Positions 8,829 through 19,470 are shown, numbered from the stretch's first letter. The stretch is 64,000 bases of DNA from an uncultured Marinosulfonomonas sp. (GCA_964473185.1 CAYYOF010000002.1:28635-92634); one strand, 5' to 3'. Notes: a model not told the origin generated them from the sequence alone. Numbers and translations: made by a program.

Positions 8829-9796
8829 CCGAAGAGGTTGAGGATTCCACCGCTCCGTTGATCGAGCATCTGGCCGAACTGCGTGATCGACTGATTAAAT
8901 CGGTGGTGGCGTTTATCATTGGCATGGTCATCTGTTTTGCTTTCGGCAGCTGGATCCTCGATTTCTTGCTGGCCCCGATCGAGGAAACCATGCGCGAGTT
9001 GGGCGATCCCAATCCGGTGATGATTTTCACCGCCCCGCAGGAATACTTCTTTACCCTGATCCGGATTTCGATGGTTTTCGGCCTTGGTCTATCTTCGCCG
9101 GTGATTGCCAACCAGCTATGGCGGTTTGTCGCCCCTGGTCTGTATAAGAATGAAAAATCCGCCTTTTTGCCCTTTATCATCGCCTCGCCAGTGCTGTTCC
9201 TGCTTGGCGCATCCTTTGCCCATTTCGTGGTGATCCCGTTGGCGATGAACTTTTTCCTCGGGTTTGCCGATGCGTCATCGGTGTTTTCTGCCTTTATTGG
9301 TGACAAAGGTGCTGACGCCTTAACCGCGTCTGATGAGGTTGGCGGGATTTCGATTGTGTTTCAGGGAAAAGTTAACGAAACTCTTGATATCACACTGAAA
9401 ATGATCGTGGCATTCGGTCTGTGTTTCCAGCTGCCGGTCCTGTTGACCCTGATGGGCAAGGCCGGTCTGGTCAGCGCTACGGGGCTGCGTAATGTGCGCA
9501 AATATGCGATTGTCGGCATCTTGCTTCTGTCCGCTCTTGTCACGCCGCCGGATGTTCTGACGCAGCTAATCCTGTTCGTTGTTGTTTTTGGCCTCTATGA
9601 AATTTCGATCCATCTGGTCGCTTATGTCGAGAAGAAACGCGAAGCAAAACTGCGGGCCGAAGGGTTGTGGTTTGATGATGACGAAGATGACGATGACGAT
9701 GAAGAAGCCGAAGAAGAAGACCCGTTGATGTCCGAGTTCGATGAGGACGAGGACGAGGAAGATGAAGAGGGTTATTTCAAGGACGACGACAAGTGA
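8825..9796 (+). CDS. tatC: Twin-arginine translocase subunit TatC with acidic C-terminal tail
   Basis: APLIEHLAELRDRL, FQLPV, VTPPDVLTQ..LYEISI. Confidence 0.95.
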   Translation: MTEEVEDSTAPLIEHLAELRDRLIKSVVAFIIGMVICFAFGSWILDFLLAPIEETMRELGDPNPVMIFTAPQEYFFTLIRISMVFGLGLSSPVIANQLWRFVAPGLYKNEKSAFLPFIIASPVLFLLGASFAHFVVIPLAMNFFLGFADASSVFSAFIGDKGADALTASDEVGGISIVFQGKVNETLDITLKMIVAFGLCFQLPVLLTLMGKAGLVSATGLRNVRKYAIVGILLLSALVTPPDVLTQLILFVVVFGLYEISIHLVAYVEKKREAKLRAEGLWFDDDEDDDDDEEAEEEDPLMSEFDEDEDEEDEEGYFKDDDK

Positions 9797-10632
9797 GCGA
9801 CGCGGCGTTAGAGCGGATCGCGGCGGCGTTGGAGCGGATCAGTCCGCCCACCGCCAGCGCCCCTGATTTTGACGCCGCTGATGCCTTTGTCTGGCATGTG
9901 GAGCCGGACCATCTGGAGCCTGTGGCCGATGTGAACCGCGTGGCGCTGGACCTGCTGGTCGGGGTGGACCGTTCCCGTGATACGCTACTGGAAAATACCC
10001 TGCAATTTGCCCGTGGCTTGCCTGCCAATAACGCCCTGCTATGGGGGGCGCGCGGGATGGGGAAATCATCGCTTGTTAAGGCGATCCATGCGGCGGTGAT
10101 CGAGCAAGGCCACAGCCTGAAGATCGTCGAGGTGCAGCGCGAGGATTTACCCAGTATCGGGCGTTTGCTTGCATTGTTACGGGTCGCGCCTATGCGGTTC
10201 CTGTTGTTCTGTGATGACCTGTCGTTTTCCCATGACGATGAGCACTATAAATCGCTAAAGGCGGTGCTGGATGGCGGGGTGATTGGGCGACCGGAAAATG
10301 TGGTGTTCTATGCCACCTCGAACCGGCGTCACCTGATGCCGCGCGACATGATCGAGAACGAGCGTGGATCGGCGATCAACCCGAGTGAGGCGGTCGAGGA
10401 GAAGGTATCGCTGTCAGACCGGTTCGGTCTGTGGCTGGGGTTCCATTCCTGTTCGCAAGACGAATATCTGGAAATGATCCGCAGGTATTGCGCCGCATAT
10501 AGTGTTGAAATCACAGCACAAACCCTGCGATCCGAGGCGGTTGAATGGGCCGCGACACGCGGTGCCCGTTCGGGCCGCGTGGCGTGGCAGTATTTCACCG
10601 ATTTGGCAGGGCGCAGGGGCGTTAAGGTTTAG
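9793..10632 (+). CDS. AAA+ ATP-binding protein (DUF815 family)
   Basis: NNALLWGARGMGKSSLVKA, LFCDDLSF, YATSNRRHLMPR, EEKVSLSDRFGLWLGF; overlaps the tatC stop. Confidence 0.85.
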   Translation: MSDAALERIAAALERISPPTASAPDFDAADAFVWHVEPDHLEPVADVNRVALDLLVGVDRSRDTLLENTLQFARGLPANNALLWGARGMGKSSLVKAIHAAVIEQGHSLKIVEVQREDLPSIGRLLALLRVAPMRFLLFCDDLSFSHDDEHYKSLKAVLDGGVIGRPENVVFYATSNRRHLMPRDMIENERGSAINPSEAVEEKVSLSDRFGLWLGFHSCSQDEYLEMIRRYCAAYSVEITAQTLRSEAVEWAATRGARSGRVAWQYFTDLAGRRGVKV

Positions 10633-10645
10633 GAGACCGAACCAA

Positions 10646-11827
10646 TTACTCCAGATAAGGCATCGGATCGACGCTGTCGAAATCCTTGCGCACCTCGAAA
10701 TGCACGAATGACGGATTGGCAGAACGCACCTTGGCGATGGTCTGGCCACGGCTGACACGGTCGCCTTTTTTCACGGTGATGTCGCTGACATTGGCGTAAA
10801 TCGTCAACAGGTTGCCTGCATGGCGGATCACCAGAATCGGTACCTGTTCGGTGTCACGGGTGATCGCGGCCACGGTGCCCGCATCGGCTGCCTTTACGGG
10901 CGATCCGGCTTTGGCGGCGATATCAATGCCATCGCTTTTGGAGGAATAAGCGCGAATGATATTGCCCTGAACCGGATAGACCAGTCTGGCATTGCTCGCG
11001 GCTGCCGTGCTTTGGCCACCCAGATTGGGCGAGGCCGGTGCTGGTGTGGATGGTGTTGTAGTTGCGGCGGGCAACGGTTTGGTCGAACTTGGCGGCACTG
11101 GCGTCGGCGTGCCGCTGCCGGGCTGGGTTGTGCCGTTTGCCGAGGCGGTTTGGGCCGTACTTGCAACCGGAATCAACAGATACTGGCCTTCGCGCACCGA
11201 CAGATTGGCCCCTAGGCCATTCCATTCAGCCAGCGAGCGCACCGACACGTTATAGAGCCGCGAGATCGAATAGGTGGTTTCACCGCGCTCGACCTTGTGA
11301 CGGACGGGCTCGGTACCCGATGGGGTGTTTGGCGCTGCAGCGGGGGTGCTGTTTGAGCGTTCAATCGCGCCGCCAGCCAAGGTGGTGATGTCGATGGTTT
11401 CAGGCTGCAATGGCCCTGTGGTGGCCGACCCCGTCGCAGGGGATGGTTCGGCAACACGGCGCGGCAGGGCAATGATTTCGCCTTGGCGCAGTTTGGCATC
11501 GGGGGCGATGCCGTTATAGCGGGCCAATTCATCGGCCCCCAATCCAACGCGGGTGGCGACATCGGCCACAGTATCGTCGCGCCGTGCGATGGCGACCTGA
11601 TAGTTGGGATAGGAAATGACCCCACGATTATCGGCTTGCGGGCGTGGCGAAGTTGCCTGTCGCGCCGCGCTGGATGTATCCGGCGCGTTGCCGAATTTAT
11701 CGCGTATGTCAAAATCGAAATCAGCGCAGCCGGTCAGGGCGACCAATGTCGTAAGAGCGGGGCCCGCGATCAGGGCCCGCATCAAAGGGGGGTGGCGTTT
11801 GGCCATTTGCTCTATCCTCAACTTCAC
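10646..11827 (-). CDS. nlpD: LysM + M23 peptidase-domain lipoprotein (NlpD-like)
   Basis: Lipobox LTGC, two LysM motifs, DGIDIAAKAGSPVKAA..HFEVRK; follows surE-pcm. True start may be ATG 11806. Confidence 0.85.
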   Translation of the reverse strand: MKLRIEQMAKRHPPLMRALIAGPALTTLVALTGCADFDFDIRDKFGNAPDTSSAARQATSPRPQADNRGVISYPNYQVAIARRDDTVADVATRVGLGADELARYNGIAPDAKLRQGEIIALPRRVAEPSPATGSATTGPLQPETIDITTLAGGAIERSNSTPAAAPNTPSGTEPVRHKVERGETTYSISRLYNVSVRSLAEWNGLGANLSVREGQYLLIPVASTAQTASANGTTQPGSGTPTPVPPSSTKPLPAATTTPSTPAPASPNLGGQSTAAASNARLVYPVQGNIIRAYSSKSDGIDIAAKAGSPVKAADAGTVAAITRDTEQVPILVIRHAGNLLTIYANVSDITVKKGDRVSRGQTIAKVRSANPSFVHFEVRKDFDSVDPMPYLE

Positions 11828-11858
11828 AGCCCGTTTGCCGGACCTTTATTGTTCTGTC

Positions 11859-12497
11859 TTACTCTTTGCCCAAACCTTCCAGCAAGGGCACGAAACGTAC
11901 GGGTCGTATTTCGTCATAGTCATAGCCTGTCTCATGGCGTGTGACCTTTATCAGGTTCTGCACCGTTTGCCCCTGACCCACGGGCAAAACCATGATACCG
12001 CCAATTTTCAGCTGCGCCAAGAGGGGACCGGGCGTATCTTCGGCGGCTGCGGTAACGATGATACGGTCAAACGGGGCCTGATCGGGCAAGCCGTGACTGC
12101 CATCGGCGGTAAAAGCGGTGACATTGGTCAGATCCAGCTTGCGAAATACGGCGGATGCCTCGCGCACCAGACGGCTGAAACGGTCCACCGTGTAGACCCG
12201 TCGCGCCAGTAGCGACAGGATCGCGGCCTGATAGCCCGAACCGGTGCCAACCTCCAGAACCTTGTCGCGCGGTTGCACCTTTAGGGCCTGTGTCATTAGT
12301 CCGACAACCGAGGGCTGGCTGATGGTTTGCCCGCAGGCAATCGGCAGCGGCATGTCCTCGTAAGTGCGGCTTTCAAACAGGCCTTTTACGAAGTGCCCAC
12401 GGTCGATGGCTTCCATCGCCGAAAGCACCCGTGCATCGGTTACCCCCTTGGAACGCAAGGCAAAAAGGAATTGCATTTTGCGTTCGGCGTGTTTCAT
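11859..12497 (-). CDS. pcm: Protein-L-isoaspartate O-methyltransferase
   Basis: [41 protein letters not shown]. Confidence 0.95.
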   Translation of the reverse strand: MKHAERKMQFLFALRSKGVTDARVLSAMEAIDRGHFVKGLFESRTYEDMPLPIACGQTISQPSVVGLMTQALKVQPRDKVLEVGTGSGYQAAILSLLARRVYTVDRFSRLVREASAVFRKLDLTNVTAFTADGSHGLPDQAPFDRIIVTAAAEDTPGPLLAQLKIGGIMVLPVGQGQTVQNLIKVTRHETGYDYDEIRPVRFVPLLEGLGKE

Positions 12498-13294
12498 TTT
12501 GGCACGGAACTGTCTAGCGAGCCTTGCAAATCGGCCAGCGCGTCATGCGCTGTCAGATCGGCCCGCATCGGGGTGATTGAAATGTAGCCATCCAGATTGA
12601 CAGCCGCATCTGTGCCGGGTTCGGTCGGGGTGTGTTGTGGCCCGCCCTTGATCCACAGAAACTTGCGGCCCGAGGGGGCGAAATGCGGCTCGATGCCGAA
12701 TTTCACATCGCGGCGGAACCCTTGCGGTGTGGCTTTCATACCCTTGACGTTGGCGGCTGAAACGGGGGGGAAATTAACGCTGTGAAACAGGCGGTAATCT
12801 TCGGTTTGTGTCGGGGTGGCGGCAAGGATCGCGCGCACTGTGGCGACCCCGTGCACCGCTGCTGCCTCGAACGGGTCATCCAGATCGGCGTTTTCTTGCC
12901 CAAAGTATTGCGACAGGGCAATGGCTGGTAGCCCCTGAAGGGCGGCTTCCATCGCGCCGCCAATGGTGCCGGAATATAACGTGTTTTCAGCCGCATTGTT
13001 GCCACGGTTCACACCCGACAGGATCAGGTCGGGCGGGGTGTCTTTCATCACGTCGTGCAGGCCGGCCAGCACACAATCGGCAGGCGAGCCTTCGGCGGCA
13101 AAGCGGCGGATCCCCAGCTGGGCAATCATCATCGGGTGGGTGTAGGAAATGCAGTGCGCCACGCCCGATTGCTCGAACGCAGGTGCCACGGTCCAGACCT
13201 CGCCGTCCGGCCCCGCGATTTCGGTGGCGATGTTCAATAATGTTAATAATCCCGGCGCGTTGATGCCGTCGTCATTGGTGATCAGAATGCGCAT
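12494..13294 (-). CDS. surE: 5'/3'-nucleotidase SurE
   Basis: [38 protein letters not shown]. Confidence 0.96.
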   Translation of the reverse strand: MRILITNDDGINAPGLLTLLNIATEIAGPDGEVWTVAPAFEQSGVAHCISYTHPMMIAQLGIRRFAAEGSPADCVLAGLHDVMKDTPPDLILSGVNRGNNAAENTLYSGTIGGAMEAALQGLPAIALSQYFGQENADLDDPFEAAAVHGVATVRAILAATPTQTEDYRLFHSVNFPPVSAANVKGMKATPQGFRRDVKFGIEPHFAPSGRKFLWIKGGPQHTPTEPGTDAAVNLDGYISITPMRADLTAHDALADLQGSLDSSVPK

Positions 13295-13404
13295 GATAGA
13301 TTGCCCTTGTTACCCTGTGGAATGAATAGGGCAAGGGCGCGGCGTGGTAAAGGTTCTGGCATGGTCAAAGCAATGCGCCAGACGATTTGTGGCAGAAAAG
13401 ATTC

Positions 13405-13439
13405 TATGCCTGCGGCGCGGATATTTATGGAACAATGAT
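13405..13439. repeat. REP-like element, identical over 35 bp to 25043-25077
   Basis: tatgcctgcggcgcggatatttatggaacaatgat at both positions. Confidence 0.85.
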
Positions 13440-13445
13440 GGGAGG

Positions 13446-14096
13446 CTATAGTTCCGCCAGTATCTTGGCGGCTTCCTCGTGTGGATCGGCCAATGGCGCG
13501 CGGTCTTCGCCAGGGTAGAAACGTGCGCGCAGGCCGGTGGGCATTGGTGCTGGGGTGGCGATGTGGATGTGGGGGCCGATTTTAACCGATTCTGCCTGCC
13601 AGCTACGTGCCAGTGCGATTTGCGCGGCTTTGGTCGCACCATATGCGCCAAAGAATTTAGCACCGCGCGGGGCGGGATCATTAAAGAAGATGGCGGTGCC
13701 CGATTGGCCCAAAAGCGGCGCGATATAGCTGATCAGGATGCCGGTGGCGCGGGTGTTCAGGGCGATGGATTTATCCCAGTCGCCCTCGGATATTTGCCCT
13801 GCCGGCGATAGCGGCGCGTCATAGATGGCGGCGTGCACCCACATGCTAAGCCCACCCCAGCGATCATAGATCGAGCGGCACAGGTGCTGCATGGCGGCAT
13901 CCTGTGTGATGTCCATCGGCGCAAGCGTGGCGTTGCCGCCCTTGGCTTTGATGCGGTCGTCCAAGTCCTCAAGCCCGCCAGTGGTGCGGGCCACAGCGAT
14001 GATGTGATGGGTCGGGGCCAGCGCCTCGGCCATAGCGGCACCAAGGCCGCGGGATGCGCCGGTGATCAGGGCGACGGGTTCGGATGGGTTTGTCAT
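13446..14096 (-). CDS. SDR family oxidoreductase (YciK-like)
   Basis: ALITGASRGLG, YGATK catalytic motif, PMPTGLRARFYPGED; ORF is open to 14150. Confidence 0.85.
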   Translation of the reverse strand: MTNPSEPVALITGASRGLGAAMAEALAPTHHIIAVARTTGGLEDLDDRIKAKGGNATLAPMDITQDAAMQHLCRSIYDRWGGLSMWVHAAIYDAPLSPAGQISEGDWDKSIALNTRATGILISYIAPLLGQSGTAIFFNDPAPRGAKFFGAYGATKAAQIALARSWQAESVKIGPHIHIATPAPMPTGLRARFYPGEDRAPLADPHEEAAKILAEL

Positions 14097-14107
14097 GTGT
14101 ATGGTCT

Positions 14108-14527
14108 TTACCGCTTGTTTCGGTGGTATGTTAACGCCATTTCGCAGCAATGCGCCAGAGCGTCATTTGGTAGCGGTTGATCCAGCGTAAAAAGCATAGC
14201 GCGGGTGCCCTGAAAGGTGAAGGTACCGGGATAAATCTCGCGCATGGTGTCAACCAGCGTGGTTTTGCAGTTGAAGAACAGCGCGCCATGGTCGGGTTTG
14301 GCGGGTTTCCACGCCATGCGGATGGTGGAACCTGATTTGGACGCCTCAGTCAGATAAGCAGGCTCGCCCCATTTCAGGGTTTCCGTCAGCGGGCCAACGG
14401 CGGAAATTTGGGCCGCGGTTTGAAAGATCAGGCTGCGCAGGTTTAGCAGGACATCGCGGGCGTTGGCGGGGTAGCTGTCATAGACAGCGGCGACGTTTGT
14501 GGGGAGGGGCGGGATCATATCAGCCAT
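14108..14527 (-). CDS. DUF1801 (YdhG-like) domain protein
   Basis: LRSLIFQTA..LTETLKWGEPAYLT..SGSTIR..FFNCKTTLV...ALTYH. Confidence 0.8.
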   Translation of the reverse strand: MADMIPPLPTNVAAVYDSYPANARDVLLNLRSLIFQTAAQISAVGPLTETLKWGEPAYLTEASKSGSTIRMAWKPAKPDHGALFFNCKTTLVDTMREIYPGTFTFQGTRAMLFTLDQPLPNDALAHCCEMALTYHRNKR

Positions 14528-14564
14528 AATGTTGGAATCCAAAGAATCGTCAAGGGGCGGTCAT

Positions 14565-15254
14565 TTATGCGACAACCAGCCCGTAGTCTTGCAATATCTC
14601 GGCGGCCTGTGCGTTTGAAATAATCGCGCCCTTCATGTCGCGGGCCATATCGTGAAGCGGGGATTTGCCCAAACGGGATTCCCGAAAATCGGCGCTGGCC
14701 ATTTTTGCACCGCGAAACTCGGTATTGATAAAAGAACATTCCTCAAACAGGCAACCGCGAAGGTCGGCGTCACTGAGATCCGCGTTTGAAAAATCCACAC
14801 CTTTGATGTGCTGGCCCTTTAGATAAAGCCCGCCTAGATCGGCGCTCTCAAATATCGTGTAATCTATGTTCAGGTTCAGGGTTCGCAAACCCTTTAGCGT
14901 GGCCCCCGTCATTTTCGAGCCCTTAAGGATGCTGTCTGTCAGGGTTGCTTCGGTAAAGTTGATGCCAACGCAATTGCAGGTGTCAAAAACAACGCTTTCT
15001 AATCGGGCATACCTGAAATCCGCGCCCGAAAGGCTGCATTTGTCAAAGGTGCAGGAGGTGTTTTCACTCGCGCGAAAGGATGTGTTCTGGAACGAGCATT
15101 TGGCAAACACCAAATCGTCCAGCTCGACATCCTGAAAGCCCAGTTCATCAAAACAGCAGCCCTGAAAAATGGCTCCTTGATGGCGCATGTGTTCTTGTGC
15201 CTGCGCCAACCCCAACTTGGAAAAATCATGGTCTATGATGCTTTTCAGGGTCAT
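14565..15254 (-). CDS. Pentapeptide repeat protein, Qnr/MfpA-like
   Basis: Continuous A(D/N)(L/F)xx repeats (SLSGADFRYARL, FSNADLSDADLRGC) and C-terminal GAIISNAQAAEILQDYGLVV helix. Confidence 0.85.
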   Translation of the reverse strand: MTLKSIIDHDFSKLGLAQAQEHMRHQGAIFQGCCFDELGFQDVELDDLVFAKCSFQNTSFRASENTSCTFDKCSLSGADFRYARLESVVFDTCNCVGINFTEATLTDSILKGSKMTGATLKGLRTLNLNIDYTIFESADLGGLYLKGQHIKGVDFSNADLSDADLRGCLFEECSFINTEFRGAKMASADFRESRLGKSPLHDMARDMKGAIISNAQAAEILQDYGLVVA

Positions 15255-15285
15255 CTGGTGCTCTTGTTATTGGATTATGACGGGA

Positions 15286-16746
15286 TTATTCCGCCGCCTT
15301 GATCTCGAACCCCTGTGCGATCATGTCGGCGGGTTTCACCGGATATTCGCCGGAAAAACAGGCGTCGCAATATTGCGGGCTGTTGTTGTCGCGGCCTTTG
15401 GATTGCCCCGCCGCACGATACAGACCATCCAGCGTGATGAAACGCAATGAATCCACCCCCAGATGCTCGCGCATTTCTTCCTCGTTCATGGTGGCGGCCA
15501 ATAATTGCTCGCGTTCGGGCGTGTCCACACCGTAAAAACAGGGCCACATGGTGGGCGGCGATGCGATGCGGAAATGCACTTCGGCAGCCCCCGCATCCAA
15601 AATCATTTCCTTGATCTTGCGCGACGTGGTGCCGCGCACGACGCTGTCATCGACCAGTATCACCCGCTTGCCTTTGATCAGGGCGCGGTTGACGTTCAGT
15701 TTCAGCAGAACCCCCATGTTGCGGATGCTTTCGGTGGGCTCGATAAAAGTGCGACCGGTATATTGGTTGCGGATAATACCCATGCCGTAGGGGATGCCGG
15801 TCTCGAAGGAATAGCCGATTGCCGCTGGCGTGCCGCTGTCAGGCACGGGGCAAACAAGGTCAGCATCAACGGGAGCTTCGCGGGCCAGCTCGATGCCGAT
15901 CTGGCGACGGGTCTCGTAGATCGACTGACCACCAACGATGCTGTCGGGGCGCGAGAAATAAACATGCTCGAAGATGCAAAAGCGTGGCTTGGCGGCGGGA
16001 AACGGGCGGTGGCTCTCGACGCCATCTGCGGTAATCACCACCATTTCGCCCGGTTCAATATCGCGCACAAATTCCGCGCCGATGATGTCGAGCGCACAGG
16101 TCTCCGAGGCCAGCGCCCAGCCATCGCCAACCTTGCCCAGCACCAGCGGGCGAACCCCGAGTGCGTCGCGCACCCCGATCAGTTTGGTGCGGGTCATGGC
16201 GACGATGGAAAACGCGCCTTCAATGCGGCGCAGCGCGTCTTTCATCCGTTCGGGGATGTTTTTCTGGAAACTGCGGGCCATCAGATGGATGATACATTCA
16301 GTGTCGGATGAAGACTGGAAGATCGAGCCATGCTGGATCAATTCACGCCGCAGGGCCGCCGCGTTGGTGATGTTGCCATTGTGGGCAATCGCCGCCCCGC
16401 CCATGGCAAATTCGCCAAAGAACGGCTGCACATCGCGGATCACCGCACCCTTTTTGCCGGATGTCGAATAACGCACATGGCCGATGGCCAGCGGGCCGGG
16501 CAGGGTGTCCATCAGGCTGGCTTTGGTGAAATTATCGCGCACGTACCCGAAACGGCGGGCGGAATTGAAGCCCTCATGCGGATCATGGCTGACAATGCCA
16601 CCGGCCTCTTGGCCGCGATGTTGTAGGGCGTGCAGACCGAGGGCGGTGAAATTGGCGGCCTCGGCCACACCAATCACGCCGAAAACGCCGCATTCCTCTT
16701 TAAGTTTATCATCATCAAACGGGTGGCTAGGCGGCATTTGTTGCAT
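15286..16746 (-). CDS. purF: Amidophosphoribosyltransferase
   Basis: EECGVFG, LQHRGQEAGG, GHVRYST, VPDSG, LVDDSVVRGTT. Confidence 0.97.
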   Translation of the reverse strand: MQQMPPSHPFDDDKLKEECGVFGVIGVAEAANFTALGLHALQHRGQEAGGIVSHDPHEGFNSARRFGYVRDNFTKASLMDTLPGPLAIGHVRYSTSGKKGAVIRDVQPFFGEFAMGGAAIAHNGNITNAAALRRELIQHGSIFQSSSDTECIIHLMARSFQKNIPERMKDALRRIEGAFSIVAMTRTKLIGVRDALGVRPLVLGKVGDGWALASETCALDIIGAEFVRDIEPGEMVVITADGVESHRPFPAAKPRFCIFEHVYFSRPDSIVGGQSIYETRRQIGIELAREAPVDADLVCPVPDSGTPAAIGYSFETGIPYGMGIIRNQYTGRTFIEPTESIRNMGVLLKLNVNRALIKGKRVILVDDSVVRGTTSRKIKEMILDAGAAEVHFRIASPPTMWPCFYGVDTPEREQLLAATMNEEEMREHLGVDSLRFITLDGLYRAAGQSKGRDNNSPQYCDACFSGEYPVKPADMIAQGFEIKAAE

Positions 16747-16870
16747 TTCAGCAGTTGCTCCGAATCCAGTGGCAGACGTTCACGACCCTCATACGAGGTT
16801 CATGGCGCTGTGTCATCAAAGAGTCTTGCTGCTTTGCCAACAAGTTTGCCAGCAAGGGCGGGGATTCAGA

Positions 16871-17440
16871 TTATTCGGAAGGGGTGAGTTTGCCGCAGTC
16901 CCCGACAAGCTGTTCATAACGTGACACAATCCAGCCTGGCGCATCCTCGGGGATGCTGTCGTTGATGCTGTCCTGCATTTTGGCAAAAATGCGGGCGGTG
17001 CGGCTGTCGTCGATCATTGGCATGGCCTGATCGGTGACAACGCGGTCATAAACCACTAAGGCGACGCCAACCAGCAACGCGCCACGCGCCGCGCCGAACA
17101 GAAATCCAAGCCCCTGATCAATGCCGCCAAGGGCCGAACGCTGCACAATAGATGAAAACAGTGGCGTGATCAGCGACATAACGATCAGCCCGACGGCAAA
17201 GACGGCGGCAAATGCCGCGATGCGGGCCAATTCACAGCTGTCCTTAATGAAATCGCCAAGGATCGGAATTTCGCGGATCAATGGTTCAGCCTGTCCGGCA
17301 AACAGAAAAGCCAGAACGGCGGCGGCGACCCAGCCCGCGATGGACAGGCTTTCGCGCACGAAGCCGCGGGAATAGGCCAAAAGTGCCGATAGGATGATGA
17401 CCACTGCCACCACACCGTCAATAATTGTAAAACCTTCCAC
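16871..17440 (-). CDS. cvpA: CvpA family membrane protein
   Basis: RGFVRESLS, LGGIDQGLGFLFGAARG; directly upstream of purF. Confidence 0.9.
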   Translation of the reverse strand: MEGFTIIDGVVAVVIILSALLAYSRGFVRESLSIAGWVAAAVLAFLFAGQAEPLIREIPILGDFIKDSCELARIAAFAAVFAVGLIVMSLITPLFSSIVQRSALGGIDQGLGFLFGAARGALLVGVALVVYDRVVTDQAMPMIDDSRTARIFAKMQDSINDSIPEDAPGWIVSRYEQLVGDCGKLTPSE

Positions 17441-17467
17441 GTATTCTCTCCTCGCCTGCTCTGGGGC

Positions 17468-18838
17468 TTATCCCGCCCCGAAAATCTCGCCGACAAATGC
17501 CGTTAGATCGGACATCTGCTGCATCTTAAGCCCCGTTGCGGTTGCGGTTTTACTGCCCGCAGGGGCGATTGCGCCTGTAAAACCCAGTTTTGCCGCTTCT
17601 TTCAAGCGATTTTCGGTCTGGCCAACGGGTCTTAATGCCCCTGATAGGCTAATTTCGCCAAAAACCACAGTGTCGGCGGGCAATGCGGTGTCTTCGCGGG
17701 CCGATAGTAGTGCGGCTGCAACAGCCAGATCGGCGGCGGGCTCGCTAATACGCATGCCGCCAGCGACGTTCAGATAGACATCAAGACCGGTGAACGGGAT
17801 GCCGCAGCGGGCCTCAAGCACGGCCAGTATCATCGCCAGACGGCCACCATCCCAGCCGACAACGGTGCGGCGGGGTTGGGAGTGGGGCGAGGGGGCGACC
17901 AGCGCTTGGAGTTCGCACAATACGGGGCGGCTGCCCTCGATACCGGAAAACACCACCGAGCCGGGGGCGGGTTTATCGCGTTCCGACAGAAACAGCGCGG
18001 ACGGGTTGGTGACTTCGGACAGGCCCGCACCGGTCATTTCAAACACGCCGATTTCGTCGGTGGGGCCGAAACGGTTTTTCACGGCGCGTAAGATTCGGAA
18101 CTGGTGGCCGCGTTCGCCCTCGAAATACAGCACGGTGTCGACCATATGTTCAATCACGCGCGGGCCAGCGATCTGGCCGTCCTTGGTGACGTGGCCCACC
18201 AAAATTACCGACATATTGCGCCGTTTGGCGAATGTGGTCAGCTCATGCGCGGCGGCCCGTACCTGTGACACGCTGCCTGGCGCTGATTCAACATTATCGG
18301 CCCACATGGTCTGGATCGAATCGATGATCGCAAGATCGGGTTTTTCGGCCTCAAGCGTGGTTAGGATATCGCGCAGGTTGGTCTCGTTGGCCAGTTGCAC
18401 GGAGGCATTGCGCAGCCCCAGACGGTCGGCCCGCATCCGGATTTGTGCGCTGGCCTCTTCGCCGGAAACATAGATGACTTTCAGCCCCTTACCTGCAAAA
18501 CTGGCAGCGGCTTGCAACAACAGGGTGGATTTGCCGATGCCCGGATCACCGCCAACCAGAACGGCCGAGGCCGGCACCAGACCGCCGCCCAGCACACGGT
18601 CCAGTTCCGGCATACCGGATAGGGTGCGCGGTGGTGGTGCCTCGTCACTGGACAGGTCGGACAGGTGGATCGAGCGGCCACGTTTACCGCCGAGCGACTT
18701 TTTCGTGGGGCCAGCCGACAGCGGCACTTCTTCTGTGATCGAATTCCACGCGCCACACGCCTCGCAACGGCCCGACCATTTGGTCGAGGATGCGCCGCAA
18801 GAATTGCAGGTGAAGGTGTTTTGTTTCGCCATAGGCAC
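17468..18838 (-). CDS. radA: DNA repair protein RadA
   Basis: CNSCG..WSGRCEACGAWNS zinc finger, GGDPGIGKSTLLLQ, KNRFG. Confidence 0.97.
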   Translation of the reverse strand: MPMAKQNTFTCNSCGASSTKWSGRCEACGAWNSITEEVPLSAGPTKKSLGGKRGRSIHLSDLSSDEAPPPRTLSGMPELDRVLGGGLVPASAVLVGGDPGIGKSTLLLQAAASFAGKGLKVIYVSGEEASAQIRMRADRLGLRNASVQLANETNLRDILTTLEAEKPDLAIIDSIQTMWADNVESAPGSVSQVRAAAHELTTFAKRRNMSVILVGHVTKDGQIAGPRVIEHMVDTVLYFEGERGHQFRILRAVKNRFGPTDEIGVFEMTGAGLSEVTNPSALFLSERDKPAPGSVVFSGIEGSRPVLCELQALVAPSPHSQPRRTVVGWDGGRLAMILAVLEARCGIPFTGLDVYLNVAGGMRISEPAADLAVAAALLSAREDTALPADTVVFGEISLSGALRPVGQTENRLKEAAKLGFTGAIAPAGSKTATATGLKMQQMSDLTAFVGEIFGAG

Positions 18839-18862
18839 TTGTGCCTTAGCTTTGGCGCTACA

Positions 18863-19312
18863 TCAAGCAGACCTTTTGCGTTTTTCCGCGAGAAATGAAA
18901 TAGCCAACGACGCCAGAATGCAGCCGGTAAACAGGTATAACCCCCACGCGGTTTCAATTTGACCCACGCCAATTCCCTTGCCCACTACCAGATACAGCGC
19001 AATCAGGAAAATATCGGCCATCGCCAGTTTTCCTAATAAATGCAGCACCGGCAGCACCTTGCGATGCAGCAGGTTGAAATGGATCAACGCCAACCCGATG
19101 GTTTTCATATAGGGGGCGAAGATGGCGAAAAACGTCACGAGCAAGGCCAGGAACACATCGGATTCCCACAGGCTCTGCAGCCCCGTGATCACCGATATTT
19201 CGTCAAGGCCAAAGAAAAACGGCATGAACCCCGCCCGCAACATCGGCGCGAACCACGCGATGGGGAACAGGATGATCAGCGACAGGTTGGCGAATTTTAG
19301 GAAAGTGGCCAC
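18863..19312 (-). CDS. pqiA: Paraquat-inducible protein A family membrane protein
   Basis: LGKLAMADIFLIALY motif; hydrophobic throughout; upstream of radA. Confidence 0.7.
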   Translation of the reverse strand: MATFLKFANLSLIILFPIAWFAPMLRAGFMPFFFGLDEISVITGLQSLWESDVFLALLVTFFAIFAPYMKTIGLALIHFNLLHRKVLPVLHLLGKLAMADIFLIALYLVVGKGIGVGQIETAWGLYLFTGCILASLAISFLAEKRKRSA

Positions 19313-19470
19313 AATAAATATCCGTCCGCATAACAGGGCAAAACGCGCCCTGCCTTAGCATTTATGCAGCAACGGTGCGCACCGCAATCCTTGAAGCCAT
19401 AAAATCCTGCCCTATAGGGTTATTCCGCAGGCTTGGGCGCCATGGGCACTCGTTAAAGAATAGTGAGGAA

